Of a stretch of DNA of 64,000 bases, positions 24,238 through 37,022 are shown in pieces. Position 1 is the first letter of the stretch; the number at the start of each line of letters is the position of its first letter. Source of the stretch: Podarcis muralis (Eukaryota). Location: positions 55,552,001 through 55,616,000 of the forward strand of contig NC_135658.1 of assembly GCF_964188315.1 (NCBI RefSeq). Direction: 5' to 3'. Below the pieces are notes generated by a model. It did no database searches and was not told where the DNA came from. It worked only from the letters and a program-made list of their open reading frames with translations. The position numbers and the translations under genes were made by a program.

Positions 24238-26118
24238 GTAAGTGACGTCAGCCCGCTGGGTTCCCATAGCGACGGCGCCCCGATCCGCCTCCCTCGCTCT
24301 GCCTGGGTGGGGAGGGCAGCCGCCTTCCAGCTGGGGCCCGAGTTCAGGGGAGGGCCGAAGGGGCGGCCGGGGCGGGTCGAGCGGAGCGTCTCCCAGCCCA
24401 GCCGCCGAGATCGCTAGGGACGGCCCGATCCCTATCGCCCATCTTTCCTCGGGAGTCTCCCTGTGGGCCTAGTGCACACTGAGCTTTACTCTGAGTAGAC
24501 CCATTGAAATTAATGAACATGTCTTAAGTTAGGCCAATTAATTTCTATAGGTTATTTTGAGGAAACGTCAATGCCACCCGAAGTCATTTTCGTTCTCGCA
24601 AGTACGGAAGCAGCGAGGTCACTCTGGATTAGCAGGCAGGCTATCCAGGTGATGGATGTGGCTGTTCTGTTGTTTTATTTAAAAAATAAGAGGTCAGATG
24701 ATCATCTTGTCGGAGCCATTTACATTGATTGCACTTGGAGGCTTTCAGGGCAGAGAGTGTATGGAATAAAACGGCCTTGTGGATAGAAGCTGTATTTCAA
24801 GCTGCCGTGTTTGATTCCTAGTCTGGGGAAAAGGTGGGATAAATATAAATATAATAACAGCAGAACATTCTTTGGCTGTGAGGTTCAGATTTGAAGTATG
24901 CAGCAGGCATGTCTTTCAAATGGAAATATCTTGCCACCTTCCTAGCTATTTGGTGAATTTTGCTTTTCTCCAAATTGTAGAGCCAGCACAGCCATTAGGC
25001 AGGGTGAAGCCACTGCCACAAGCAACCGAACTCCCCCCTCCCCAGTGCCCTGCTTTTTCTGCCATTGATGGAGAAGCACCACCAATTTTGGGCAAGATTC
25101 CATCCATTTGGGGTGAATCTCACCCAGAATTGGTGCAATCTTGCCTGAAATTAGCGCCTAGCAGCAGCACAGCATGCAATATCTGGCAGCAGCAGGTATG
25201 GTAGCAGCAGGGCAGTACTTCCCATTTGGCCTCAAGCAGTGAAACAGGACACACTGCCCCTGCCAAATTGCAACACAATTCTCAGCAGTTTAAATGTATG
25301 CATGCTTTGAGAGAAAATACCCATAATTTAACATAGTATTAAAACACTTATTTTAAAGAGGATTTAAAAGAGGATCAATGTAAAAAACGGAACAGAATTA
25401 TGGAAGAGAAACAATCAAAAGTGGCAGACCAGAAATAGATGCACCCATCCCTTGGTAGGGGTGTATTATTATTATTTTTTAAGTAGCTTTATTCATCTTT
25501 AGGTTCAGAGTTTGAGAACACAGCCTTTAGCTTTTGTGCGTTTGGACACTCTGCTCCAAGCATGATATATTGAAGAGTTGGGAAGGAGGTAGACTGCTAG
25601 CAAAGGTCTTTCTAGGAAATTATTCATTGCTTTTCATTTAAAATTCCGATAAACTTACAAATAGGGACATACCTAGTAGTTGGTTAGGTTGGCCCCCATC
25701 AAGGGCACAAACCCTGCAGGAAGGGCACAAAAATCACACCTCTCCTTTCTGCCTTACAGTGGCTAGGAGTCCATCTGCCCGCACACTATTAGAAATGTTC
25801 ACTGGCGGAGCATGAAAGAAAACCTTTTTGAGTTTCTGTTCCATGAGGGCAGGGTGGGGGGGAATGGGGTGCCGATGTAACTCCTAGTCAAGGGTACAAG
25901 GCAGCCTAGGATGCCTCTGCTTACAAAACATTGAACTTAAATAACTTGGGCCACGCTTCAAAGTGTACTTGGATCAAGCTGTTTAGGAGAGGGACTAAAA
26001 GACTGCTTAGAGTGAAGTAAGCAATAACTATGTTTTAGAACAAATAAATTCATTTTCTTTTTTAAAAAAGAGGAAAGTGATGACTCAACAGGTGTTTGGA
26101 CATCTTTCTCTTTGTCAG

Positions 26119-26284
26119 ATATCCAGATTGCTACAAAAGGATGCTGAGCAGGAATCACAAATGAGATCTGAAATTCAGAACATGAAGCAAGAACTTTCTA
26201 CCATTAGTATGATGGATGAATTTGCTAGATATGCCCGACTAGAAAGGAAGATTAACAAAATGACTGATAAACTTAAGACTCATG
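26119..26284 (+). CDS. GET1: GET1 exon 2 (coiled coil, QKDAEQESQMR...MMDEFARYARLERKINKMTDKLKTH)
   Basis: 166 nt, CAG / GTAAAT; DEFARYARLERKINK signature. Confidence 0.98.
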
Positions 26285-26429
26285 GTAAATACTTGCTATT
26301 TATATTTGCATCATTAGCCTACCTTTCACTTCTGTTTAATATTTTTAGATTGTTTGTACTGTTCTCAGTATTTTTTAAAAAATGTTTTTTTAAAAACATG
26401 CATAATATAAAACATGACTATATTAAATA

Positions 26430-29113
26430 CCTCCTTCATGGATCACTGCCTTGTCATGGCAAAGGGGCTTGAATAACTCAGAGAAGCTATGAGCCGTGCT
26501 GTGCAGGGCCACCCAAGACGGACAGGTCAGTGGAGAGTTTTGACTAAACGTGATCCACTTGGAGCAGGAACCGGCAAGCCACTCCAGTATCTCTGCCAAG
26601 AAAACTTCATGGACAAAAACAACAGGCATATAAACTCAGCCCCTCAGGTCGGAAGGTGTCCAACATGCTACTGAGGAAGAGTGGAGGACAAGTACAAGTA
26701 GATTCAGAGCTGATGAAGCGGCTGGGCCAAAGCCAAAAGGTCGCTCAGTTGTGGATGTGCCTGGAAGTGAAAGGAAAGTCCAATGCTGTAAAGAAAAATA
26801 TTGCATGGGAACCTGGAATGTAAGATCCATGTACAAAGGTAAGCTAGTGGTCAAAAATGAGATGGCAAGGATAAATATTGACATCCTGGGTATCAGTGAA
26901 CTAAAATGGACAGGAATGGGTGAATTCAGTTCAGATGATCATATCTACCACTGTGGGCAAGACTCCCATAGAAGAAATGGAGTGGCCCTCATAGTCAACA
27001 AAAGAGTATCAAAAGCTGTATTGAGATGCAGTCTCAAAAATGATAGAATGATCTCGATACGAATCCAAGGCAGACCTTTTAACATCACAGTAATCCCAAG
27101 TTTATGCACCAGTTACTGGTGCTGAAGAAACTGAAATTGACCATTTCTATGAAGACTTACAACACCTTCTAGAAATGACACCAAATAAGGATGTTCTTCT
27201 CATTATAGGGGATTGGAATGCTAAAGTAGGGAGCCAGATAAAAGGAACAACTGGCAAGTTTGGCCTTGGAGTTCAAAATGAAGCAGGGCAAAGGCTAACA
27301 GAATTCTGTCAAGATAAAAAGCTGGTCATCACAAACTGTGTCAACCACAGCAAACTATGGCAAGTTCTTAAATAAATGGGAGTGCCCGATCACCTCATCT
27401 GTCCCCTGAGAAATCGTTATGTGGGACAAGAAGCTACAGTTAGAACTGGATATGGAACAACTCATTGGTTCAAAATTGGGAAAGGAGTACGACAAGGCTG
27501 TATATTGTCTCTCTGCTTATTTAACTTATATGCAGAATTCATCATGCGAAAGGCTGGACTGGATGAATCCCAAACCAGAATTAAGATTGCCGGAAGAAAT
27601 ATCAACAACCTCAGATATGCAGATGACACAACTTTGATGGCAGAAATTGAGAAGGAATTAAAGAACCTCTTAATGAGGGTGAAAGAGGAGAGCGCAAAAT
27701 ATGGTCTGAAGCTCAACATAAAAAACCCCCCCTAAGATCATGGCCACTGGTTCTACCACCTCCTGGCAAATAGAAGGGGAATAAATGGAGGCAGTGAGAG
27801 ATTTTACCATATTTTTCGCTCTATAGGACGCACCGGACCATAGGAGGGGGAGAACAGAAAAAAAAAATTCTTGTTCTTCCCCTCTAAAACAAGGTGTGTT
27901 CAAGGTGCATTCACCCAAAGCCTTCGGAGCACAGCGGGAATTCCTGCTGCGCTCCGGAGGCTTCAGGTGGCTACCTTGGAAGCCTGACCCCTCTCAGTCT
28001 CCAGGCTTCAGTGAAGGGAACCCGAAGCCTCTGGAGTGCGGCGGGAGTTCCCTGTGGGCTCCGGAGGCTTCAGGTTCCTTTTGACCTGCTCTTTGGGGCT
28101 GGCGTGGGGGGGAAGCGCTGCTTTCCCCCTCCGCCAGCCTCAAAGATCAGGTCGGGGAGCAGCGCGAAGGCAGCAAGCCCCCCGAGCTTGTGGGGCTGGC
28201 GGTGGGGGGAAGCGCTGCTTTCCTCCACCACCAGCTTCAAAGATCCCTGAAGCCTTTGGAGGCTGCGCTCCAAAGGCTTCAGGCTTCGGGGACAGCCTTT
28301 CTAGCCTCTGCAGGGCGGCGAGGTGAAGGCACCCCACTGCCCTGCAGAGGCTTTGCGCAGTTAACCCCAAGCTAGAACAGCGAGACGGAGCACTCCACAG
28401 CGCTCCATCTCCCTGTTCTGGTCTTGGGCTTAGCCGCGCAGCCTGCATTCGCTCTATAGGACGCACACACATTTCCCTTTAATTTTTGGAGGGGAAAAAG
28501 TGCGTCCTATAGAGCGAAAAATACAGTACTTTATTGGGCTCCATAATCACTGCAGATGGTGACGGCAGTCACAAAATTAAAAGGCGCCTGCTTCTTGGGA
28601 GAAGTGATGACAAACCTAGACAGCATCTTAAAAAGCAGAGACATCACCTTGCCGACAAAGGTCCGTATAGTTAAAGCTATTGTTTTCCCAGTAGTGATGT
28701 ATGGAAGTGAGAGCTGGATCATAAAAAAGGCTGATTGCCAAAGAATTGATGCTTTTGAATTATGGTGCTGGAGGAGACAATTTGAGAGTCCCATGGACTG
28801 CAAGAAGATCAAACCGATCCATTCTGAAGGAAATCAGCCCTGAGTGCTCACTGGAAGGACAGATCCTGAAGCTGAGGCTCCAATACTTTGGCCACCTCAT
28901 GAGAAGAGAAGACTCCCTGGAAAAGACCCTGATGTTGGGGAAGATTGAAGGCACAAGGAGAAGGGGACAACAGAGGACGAGATGGCTGGACAGTGTTCTC
29001 AAAGCTACCAGCATGAGTTTGACCAAACTGCGGGAGGCAGTGGAAGACAGGAGTGTCTGGCGTGCCCTGTCCATGGGGTCACGAAGAGTCGAACACAACT
29101 AAACAACAACAAC
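26430..29113 (+). mobile_element. RTE-BovB LINE, near full-length, decayed, with internal deletion and nested MITE
   Basis: BovB 5' region, APE endonuclease (GTWNVRSM, ILGISELKW, IGDWNAKVG), RT (GVRQGCILS, RYADDTTL), BovB 3' end (LQYFGHLMRR..LEKTLMLGKIEG) and (CAA)n tail; stops and frameshifts; 5' boundary approximate. Confidence 0.95.
27807..28526. mobile_element. Tc1/mariner (pogo/Tigger-like) MITE, 720 bp, inserted in BovB RT
   Basis: 27-bp TIR CC(A/G)TATTTTTCGCTCTATAGGACGCAC, TA TSD; removing it rejoins BovB GATTTTA|CTTTATTGGGCTCC. Confidence 0.92.
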
Positions 29114-29429
29114 ATATTACCGTAAATACAGCAAGCTTAGGGATCTGCTGATACGTCAGTTTCAAGGCAATGATAGTGTTATGTTATTAATATTTCTATA
29201 TCCGTGTTTTGTGAACTAGAAAATGTTTTTGAAAAAAAGCAAGGAAACAGGTGTCGGAGACTAGTTTTTATTTTTCATTTCTAATTATACACCCATAGCC
29301 TCTAGAATTTGAATTTTAAAGAAGCAGGCATCCTTAAAGTGGAAACAAAAGTTATTTTTATCAGTTTAAAGTAAAATCATGTCTCCTATTAATGTAAATA
29401 ATGCAAATCATACTTGTTTCTTTTAACAG

Positions 29430-29497
29430 TGAAAACACGAACAGCTCAACTAGCCAAAATAAAGTGGGTAATAAATATTGTATTCTACATTTTGCAG
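29430..29497 (+). CDS. GET1: GET1 exon 3 (VKTRTAQLAKIKWVINIVFYILQ)
   Basis: 68 nt, CAG / GTAAGT. Confidence 0.97.
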
Positions 29498-30282
29498 GTA
29501 AGTAAAATTGGTTTATATATGGAACCTTTCAAAGCTAAACATGTGAATGGGTCTTTTTTGCAGTGGCTCTCCCTTTGTGGAATGCTCTCCCCTAGGTGAC
29601 TTTATTACATATCTTTAGGCGCCAGTCAAAAACGTTTCTCTTCAACCAAGGGTTCAGCTGATTAACTTTGCATGACTTTTAAAATGTGTTTATGGGAGGG
29701 GGGTTATTGGTCTGTTTTTGTTTGATTTTGTATTTGCATTTTGTACTTTTCTGTTGTGGACTGTCCTGGGATCTTCGGATGACAGGTGGTATACAAATTT
29801 AATAAATACTAAAAATTGATTAAGATTCCTTAGCCATGTGCCATAATATCCAATGTTTATATTCGGAAACAAATTCCCTGCATATATCAAATCAGGTATT
29901 GTTTCGCATGAAGAAGCATTCAGTTATGTGATACGCATGCACACACACATTCTCTGGTGTGTATTGTTTTATATGAAGGTGCATTCAGTTATGTGATACG
30001 CTCATATACGCCAGAGATGTATAGTCCAAGCACAGATTTACCATCCGAGTGAATATTAGGCCATAGGCTTTCCTTTGCTCTGCCTTTTCATCTGGCAACC
30101 AATCACGTGAAGCTGTGTCCAGTGCCATGTGCTCTGAGTAGTCCAGCATAGAAAATGCAGACTTCCCAGCTGTTACAGTGCAAGCCAAGAACTGATGACT
30201 AATCAAGAAGAGGCTGTGTTCCTCATATGGGGCGAGGGCCAGGGTTCTCACTTTGTGTGGCACTGACTTTGAGGTCACAGTA

Positions 30283-30534
30283 CAGTCGTACCTTGGTTCT
30301 CGAACGAAATCTGTTCCAGAAGTCCATTCAACTTCCAAAAATGTTCGAAAACCAAGGCACAGCTTCCGATTGGCTGCAGGAGCTGCCTGCACTCAGTCAG
30401 AAGCTGCAGAAGCCACGTCGGACATTCAGCTTCCAAAAAACGTTCACAAACCAGAACACTCACATCTAGGTTTGCGGTGTTAGGAAGCCAAAATGTTCGA
30501 GTCACAAGGTGTTCCAGAACCAAGGTACCGACTA
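30283..30534. mobile_element. Tigger-like MITE in GET1 intron 3
   Basis: TA-CAGTCGTACCTTGGTTCT ... AGAACCAAGGTACCGACT. Confidence 0.8.
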
Positions 30535-30695
30535 GTTGTATTGATTTTTTGAACAGTGGGTTATTTTTAAGGATAACATGGGCATCTAGCACTTGCTAGG
30601 CATCAGGAATGCTGATTGCGCAGCTAGATGTAAACAAGAACTCTTTTATTTTGAGGTTTTCATGCATAATCATGTAACGATTGTTTTAATTCCAG

Positions 30696-30810
30696 GCTGC
30701 CTTAATGATCTCACTAATCTGGAAGTATTACTCTGAACCAGTTACTGTGCTTCCAAGCAAATGGCTAGCTCCACTAGAACGTTTAGTAGCTTTTCCAACA
30801 GGAGTGGCAG
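30696..30810 (+). CDS. GET1: GET1 exon 4 (AALMISLIWKYYSEPVTVLPSKWLAPLERLVAFPTGVA)
   Basis: 115 nt, translated by hand, CAG / GTAAGC. Confidence 0.97.
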
Positions 30811-31308
30811 GTAAGCCTATATTATTTTAATGCTTCTCAAGCTTTTCCAGGAATTTCATATATCTCTCCTATCTTAATATTATACATGAGTTGATTTTGA
30901 ATGCATTGCCACACCTCTGCCTTCCGAGATTCCTGAATAGTTGCAGAAGCTAATAATGCTTGGCTCACCATGTTAAAATGAATAAGAGATGCAGTGAGAG
31001 CACTGTTTGTTGTGTAACTCCATAATTTACATTGGAGAAGGAAGAATTTAGTGGATTATGCCCATAGTCACACACCTAACCACATCTTTCATTTGCATAG
31101 AGATTCCAGATTACACATACTAGTGGTACTGGGCTTTATATAATTCTTCTGAATCAATAGTTATCTCATAGATATATCCTTATGCAAGTGTTTTCTGCAA
31201 CTACTGGTGTTGTTACTGAATCTGATTTCTTGTCCCTACATGTTTAAATATGTATGTTTTAGTTACTGAGAATACTAGTGTCTTACAGCATGTATTTCTT
31301 ATTTTTAG

Positions 31309-31382
31309 GTGGTGTTGGCATTACTTGTTGGTTGGTGGTTTGTAACAAAGTTGTGGCCATTATGCTTCACCCTTTCAGCTGA
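31309..31382 (+). CDS. GET1: GET1 exon 5 coding part (GGVGITCWLVVCNKVVAIMLHPFS*); protein 181 aa
   Basis: 74 nt, TAG acceptor, TGA at 31380-31382. Confidence 0.97.
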
Positions 31383-31496
31383 GAAGGATTCCTAGTTTCA
31401 GCAGACTTCTCAGTTTCTTGTGAAATACAGCACCCATACATTGTACCATCTGGAATGTACATGCCTATGAAAAGCAGGCAGGGTTTGGGATTGAGT

Positions 31497-31502
31497 AATA
31501 AA
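31497..31502 (+). terminator. Probable GET1 poly(A) signal AATAAA
   Basis: AATAAA 115 nt after the stop, followed by T/TG-rich sequence. Confidence 0.6.
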
Positions 31503-33665
31503 GCATTGATAAATCTTAATACAACATTCTGTTAAATTTTTAATGTATTGTATTGTATTGTATTGTATTGTGTAAAGTTCCTTTTCAGTTTGTAACCTGC
31601 AGTGCTGGGCATAAGTTCTATTTAAATTGTAGCTGATCAATCCTAACCATGGCTACTCAGAGTAAGTCCCATTGAATTCAGTGGGTCTTAATTCTAGGTG
31701 AGGTTAGGATTGCAGCCTATGTGCATGTAATGGTTTTAAAGCCATGTAGACATTTTAAAAGTGAAAGGAAAATAGTTTTTAAAAATAATGTGGTTCCTTT
31801 AACTTTGTCCACATTTGTTTCTCTATTGTAATTTCAGTGTTGTCAAATATGTTATGATTGACTTTTCACTACCACAGTACAGACATAATATACCATAGTT
31901 CACTAAACTAGGAACAAATGTCAAGTCCACATTCTGCCAACTTAGCAATTCAATCCTGGGAACTACAGGATTGAATTTTCAGCACTTCAATCATGGGAAC
32001 TACAGTTCCCCATTACATCAGGCTAAGATAAAATATTATGAAATCACAGGTCCCTTAAAGGCATGGTATGAGGAGAGGGGAAGCACACAGGTCCAACATT
32101 TTTTATGGCCAGGAACTTTCCAGCTAATCTAGCCCATATTCTGTTTTTGACTGTATCTGCCTGATATCAATTCCTTCCTCCTCTGATTCTTTTTTAAGAA
32201 GATTTTGATTAGTATCAAAATATTACTGGAAGGGTCTTTGCCTTATGCAACAGTGGCTCTTTCTCCCCCTCTTGGCCACATGCTGTGTTTTTGCTTAGAG
32301 AATTCAGCATGATGCATATTTTATTCTAGCCACTTGTGTGTAAGAAAGAGAAGGAGGAGATGTGAGAACTTGCACGTCAGATAAAATTTCCAAACAACCA
32401 TTGACACAAATAAACTTGTTGGATAGGTTTGTGCTAAATCTGTACCCATTTGATGACTGAAAGCTTTTTAAGATTCCCATGTAGGGAATAATATAGTTCT
32501 TAACACAATGCTATGGCTCCCTCTACTGCCCAGGTGATCTGCTGGCTCTGTCTGCAGCACATGTTCCTCTCCCACTTGTATTGAGCCCATGTCTGCTGCT
32601 TTAACAGAATACTGTACCACTGAAGTGCTGGTGTGCAGCTTCCCTGATCCTAAGTGCTCTAGGTACATAATGGCAGTAAGATCAATCTCCTATTTGTTAG
32701 GAACAGATGAAATGATACATTGTTGCAGTTGTGTGTTTAATCATACTGGATCCTGTTGCATATATTGACACCTCTTTGTACTAATTATGTTCAATATTTT
32801 GTGTTCTAAGAAGGAAAATAAAAGAGAACAAAGTTGTGGGTAGCACAATATTTAATATTTAAATTACCAAGAATGTTTGATTAGAAGAAGAGCTTTTAAT
32901 GGCTGTTTCGAATGCTACCTGTTTTCCATATTTGGGGTTCAGTTACAATAGTAAAAAACAATATGGATATCCAATTATAACCATAGAAATTACTGTAACC
33001 AACATATCTTCCTGCACTGAGAAATTTGTATAGACAGATGAATTAGTCTGTGTAGTCTGAAGATGGCCAAATTTGAGAGTTAATAAAATAGGCCTTACTG
33101 TCATTCTTCTTTCTGGCAACAACCCCATAACTTGCACTCATTATCTATATCAGATTACACAAATCAACATGGATGGGTCAAAAGCGCCCTATTCGAAGGC
33201 CCCTTCATGTAAGCATTCACTTTCCTAACTGGGACTATGTAGATAATTTGAATCACTGCATTCATTTAAGAGGCTTTGTGGAATGGAATAAGAAAAAAGT
33301 TATGCAGTGCCTCATTTTTCTATTGTAAATACACATTAACTGTCTTTTCCCCCAATAAGCTTTACCACCAATGCCTATTCAGTGCAATTCTTTTCAATGT
33401 ATTCTTATTTAGAGCTCCAGTAATAGACCTGTCATTGTGCTTCATTTTAATTTTTTAAAATGCACTGCAATATGATGATTTCATTGTTACAATATAAACT
33501 GATAACTTGCATGCATGTTTTCCTGCAATGGAATATAAAATGTTTACCTCTTATGGTAAATGAAACTTTCTCCAGGGGGGGGGACCCAGTCTGCAGCAGT
33601 TAATGAATTATTTTCATATACTGTGTGTGTTTTAAGATGAAAATATTGTTAAATTATGACAGTAA

Positions 33666-34411
33666 TTATTTCAAGTTTTCCAGAAAGGCAAATGTATGGA
33701 AAACCTTTATATGGGCTTGTTTGGAATCGCCACACTGCAAACCATCATTGACTTGTGAAATCTCATAAGACTTTTCACTCATCAAAGTTTTTTTTTCCTT
33801 AACTGCCTCTTTTAAATTAAGTTTTGAGTGACTGTCCTTTAAGATGCAGCTTGGACCAAAGAGTTCTTCCATAAGAGTGGTTTTCTTTTCTGTTGATACT
33901 GCAGGAATGTGTTCTTTGCCAAGCGTCAACGTGGTGTCCTTTTGCCTTGTTTTGGTAACCTTACCAAATGACGGTTCATAGGCACTGCTTGAATTTTCTG
34001 CCTTCAACTCAGCTATTTCACCCTGGTGTCTATTCACTTGTCTACTACTGCAGGTGGTGCTTGTGTTGGACAGTGGACCTGTTGAAGGGTATCCCTGATG
34101 CAAATTTTCAACAGCTTCTGAAAATACATACTGTTTCTTTAATGTGGAAGGCGTTTTGTATCTTTGTGTTACTGTTTCCATTTTATCACAGCTCACTTGT
34201 TTTGGCTCATTTTCTTGTTTTTCAGTTGCAACTTTTTCCTGGTTATTCATTTTTTGTTGGATGTCATTTGTGGACTCCAATGCTTGGTCTGTCCTTAATT
34301 TCTCAAACTCTTCTTTCAACAAGTTGAGCCTTTGTCTTTCCCTCCTGTTTTTCTGTCTTTCTAGGTTTTCACATCTGAAAAGATTTTCTGTATTTGGACA
34401 TATCTCTTCCC
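33666..34411 (-). CDS. LCA5L: LCA5L last coding exon (...YVFSEAVENLHQG...YEPSFGK...LMEELFG...ENLK*); total 712 aa
   Basis: 746 nt; ENLH.G, YEPSFG and LMEELFG lebercilin motifs; summed CDS 2139 nt is in frame. Confidence 0.93.
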
Positions 34412-34873
34412 CTAATTACAAAAGAATATTATTATTTCAACAGTAAAAATTCTTAGAAATCAGTCAGTAACATTTTTATATCATAATTTTTTTTTTATTC
34501 AGACAGAAATTAAAACACTGCAGGCACATCTATAGATTTAGTAGCTACAAATGACCTTAAACACAGAATCAGCACCCTTAGCAAATCAGCTTCTGGGAAC
34601 TCCCCACCCACTGCTTAGCTGAATTTCATGTGTCAGCTGAGAAGAGGTAGGTTGAGCAGAGGGCAGAAGGGACAGTGTGTGTGACTGTGTTTATATGTTA
34701 AATGAGTGACTGCCTGTCTGGTACTGTTCCTTTTGGGTCTGGCCCCATCCAGCCTGGCTCAAGAGTATTACACTAAGATAATCTGCCCTTCGGGCTGAAA
34801 AAAGACTCTCTACTGCTGCTGAAAGATTTGCTAAATCTGTAGACACATCAGATTCAAAATACTGTTAAGATAC

Positions 34874-35003
34874 CTCTGCATGCTATATTTGAAATCTGTT
34901 GCATTGTTAATTTTTGATTTTGATGAACTTCTGTTTTTGATTCCATCTCTTTATCCACATCACATAGTTTGTCTTTGCAGTTAATATCTTTGGTTGTCAT
35001 CTC
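34874..35003 (-). CDS. LCA5L: LCA5L exon (EMTTKDINCKDKLCDVDKEMESKTEV...SNIACR)
   Basis: 130 nt, strong acceptor, G|GTATCT donor, phase 0 to 1; sequence poorly conserved. Confidence 0.8.
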
Positions 35004-35278
35004 CTAAAGAAATAATAGAAAGAAAAACACATATATGTCAGTTTGATTTGCACTTTGTAGCTTTCGAATGTGTTTGAATAGCAGCAAGTGATGGATAGAT
35101 TTCAGTTCTCAATCCGTGACCTAATTTGCCTCCATAAAGTAGACAGAATCTATCTGAACTCCCCTCAAATTAACATAGGCTTAAGAGTATGCTGGCTTCA
35201 GCCTCATACTTTGTTTGGAGATTGTCTAAAATGAATGGGATCACATGAGTCCCAACACACTAAAGTCCACAACACAGG

Positions 35279-35623
35279 AAGGTAAAGGTAAAGGACCCCT
35301 GGACAGTTAAGTCCAGTCAAAGGCGACTATGGGGTTGCAGCGCTCATCTCGCTTTCAGGCCAAGGGAGCCGGTGTTTGTCCACAGACAGCTTTCTGGGTC
35401 ATGTGACCAGCATAAGTAAACCGCTACTGGGGCATGGAGGACCATGATGAGTGCCAGAACGCATGGAAACATCGTTTTCCTTCCTGCTATAGCGGTACCT
35501 ATTTACTCATTGGCATGCTTTCAAACTGCTAGGTTGGCAGGAGCTGGGACAGCAACGGGAGCTTACCCTGTCACGGGGATTCGAACCGCCAACCTTCCAA
35601 TCAGCAAGCCCAAGAGGCTCAGT
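35279..35623 (-). mobile_element. Sauria SINE, slightly 5'-truncated
   Basis: (ACCTTT)n tail read as AAGGTAAAGGTAAAGG; tRNA-derived B box GGTTCGAATCCC on the minus strand. Confidence 0.9.
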
Positions 35624-37022
35624 CAGAGTAGAAAAATGTCTATTAAATAAAACAAGGACTTGTCCCCTGTGATTTTCTGACCATAAATCACAGAAACAAA
35701 GTGGCAAGGAAGGTTTTTTGCTTTCCTCACAAGTCCTGTTGTATGAACTTAAGATGCCACCTGGATCAGACCAAAGGTTTATGTCAGCATTCTGCTTACA
35801 CAGATGGCAATGGCTCACAAGTAGAACATGAGCACAATAGCTGAAGATCCTCAGCGACTGGTACCCAGGGATATAGGCCTTCGATACTGGAGGAAACGGA
35901 GCCATCAAGTATAGGCCATTGATGGCCTTGTCCTCCATGAATCTGCCTAAAACCCTTTTAAAGTCATCTTAGCTGTTGTCCATCACTGCTATGCACCACG
36001 TGAAGAAGTACTTTTCCCCTGTCCTCAATCTCCCAACATAGTGGTGCAACCCATGAAAAGTGTGTAGTGCAAACATGTCTGTCATTTCCTGCTCTTATCC
36101 AGGAACTGGACAAAAAATATGATATGCAATGAGAAGTCCACAGTTTCTCTTTCATGTCCTTATCAAGCATAGGAGTGGTGAAGAGAAACTGTGCAAGGCA
36201 ATTTAAGTTCACCACTATCCTGTTGCTAAAATGTAATTACTATCTCAATATCCTCTTCAAAGCAGAGGATGGTGCAGTCATACTCTAATATATGGTGGAG
36301 GCACTTGCACAGATTTTTTCACTGGGCGTTCATACAGCTGTGCCAAGAGCAAATCGTACAACATTAGGTTCCTTGTGAATATCTTATGTCTTATCTAGCC
36401 CTTATTTATAACAGTTGGACTTGTTTACCCAAGCTAACACAACAATCCTCAGCGTGTTTACTGAAAAGTAAGTCCCTCTTCCTATTATTATTTTATTATT
36501 TAATAAATTTATATACCACCCTATACCTACAAGTCTCAGGGCGGTTCACATGCTTTGCACATAACACTAACTCAAGTAATGCATTAGCCCTGAAAAACTA
36601 TGAGTGGCAAGCCAATATGAAGCCTATAGCTCATGGCTTATTTGGAGCAAGACAAACCATGAACCAAGGTTCCATCATAAGACAAAGACAAACCATGGCT
36701 TAGCCACAGGTCATGACAGCCACACAGGGCTTAGGAAGAGTGCAGCTGCCACCATGGTCCTTACTTTAGGAACCAGCATATTTGCTTGTTTGCACTAGCC
36801 AGCATTTCGTTCAGTGTTTCATGCAAGATGGAGTCACCTCAATGATGAAGTAAACTTATTTCAATGAGGACAATGTTATTTTCACAATGTCACTGTAATA
36901 TGATTCAGGAACCTGTATGTTAAGGAATCTGCAATTTGCAGGAAGAAATGAAGCTATAAGACAACACAGCATGAACAAGAGTGGTTTAGAGTTGTAAAAG
37001 GATTAATTCAGATCTGCCATAC

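Larger units (their letters stand above)
22780..24480. promoter_or_regulatory. Bidirectional CpG-island promoter HMGN1/GET1 (CCAAT near 23621, GC box 23883-23891, NRF1-like 23917-23928 and 22795-22804, CREs 22836-22843 and 24243-24250)
   Basis: Start codons 827 bp apart, head to head, in one CpG island; motifs read directly. Confidence 0.85.

Noticed and set aside
27419-29102. Many 60-120 aa ORFs on both strands
   Set aside because: Fragments or antisense frames of the decayed BovB and the GC-rich MITE.
29916-30001. 21-nt exact direct repeat GCATTCAGTTATGTGATACGC, two copies 65 bp apart (repeat-spacer-repeat look)
   Set aside because: Only two units in a vertebrate intron, with no cas genes; a local duplication, not CRISPR.
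32943-33137. Possible extra terminal LCA5L exon
   Set aside because: No similarity to lebercilin C-termini and a weak acceptor.
35570-35590. tRNA-like GGTTCGAATCCC boxes (also near 39555 and 54910)
   Set aside because: They are the tRNA-derived heads of Sauria SINEs, not tRNA genes.
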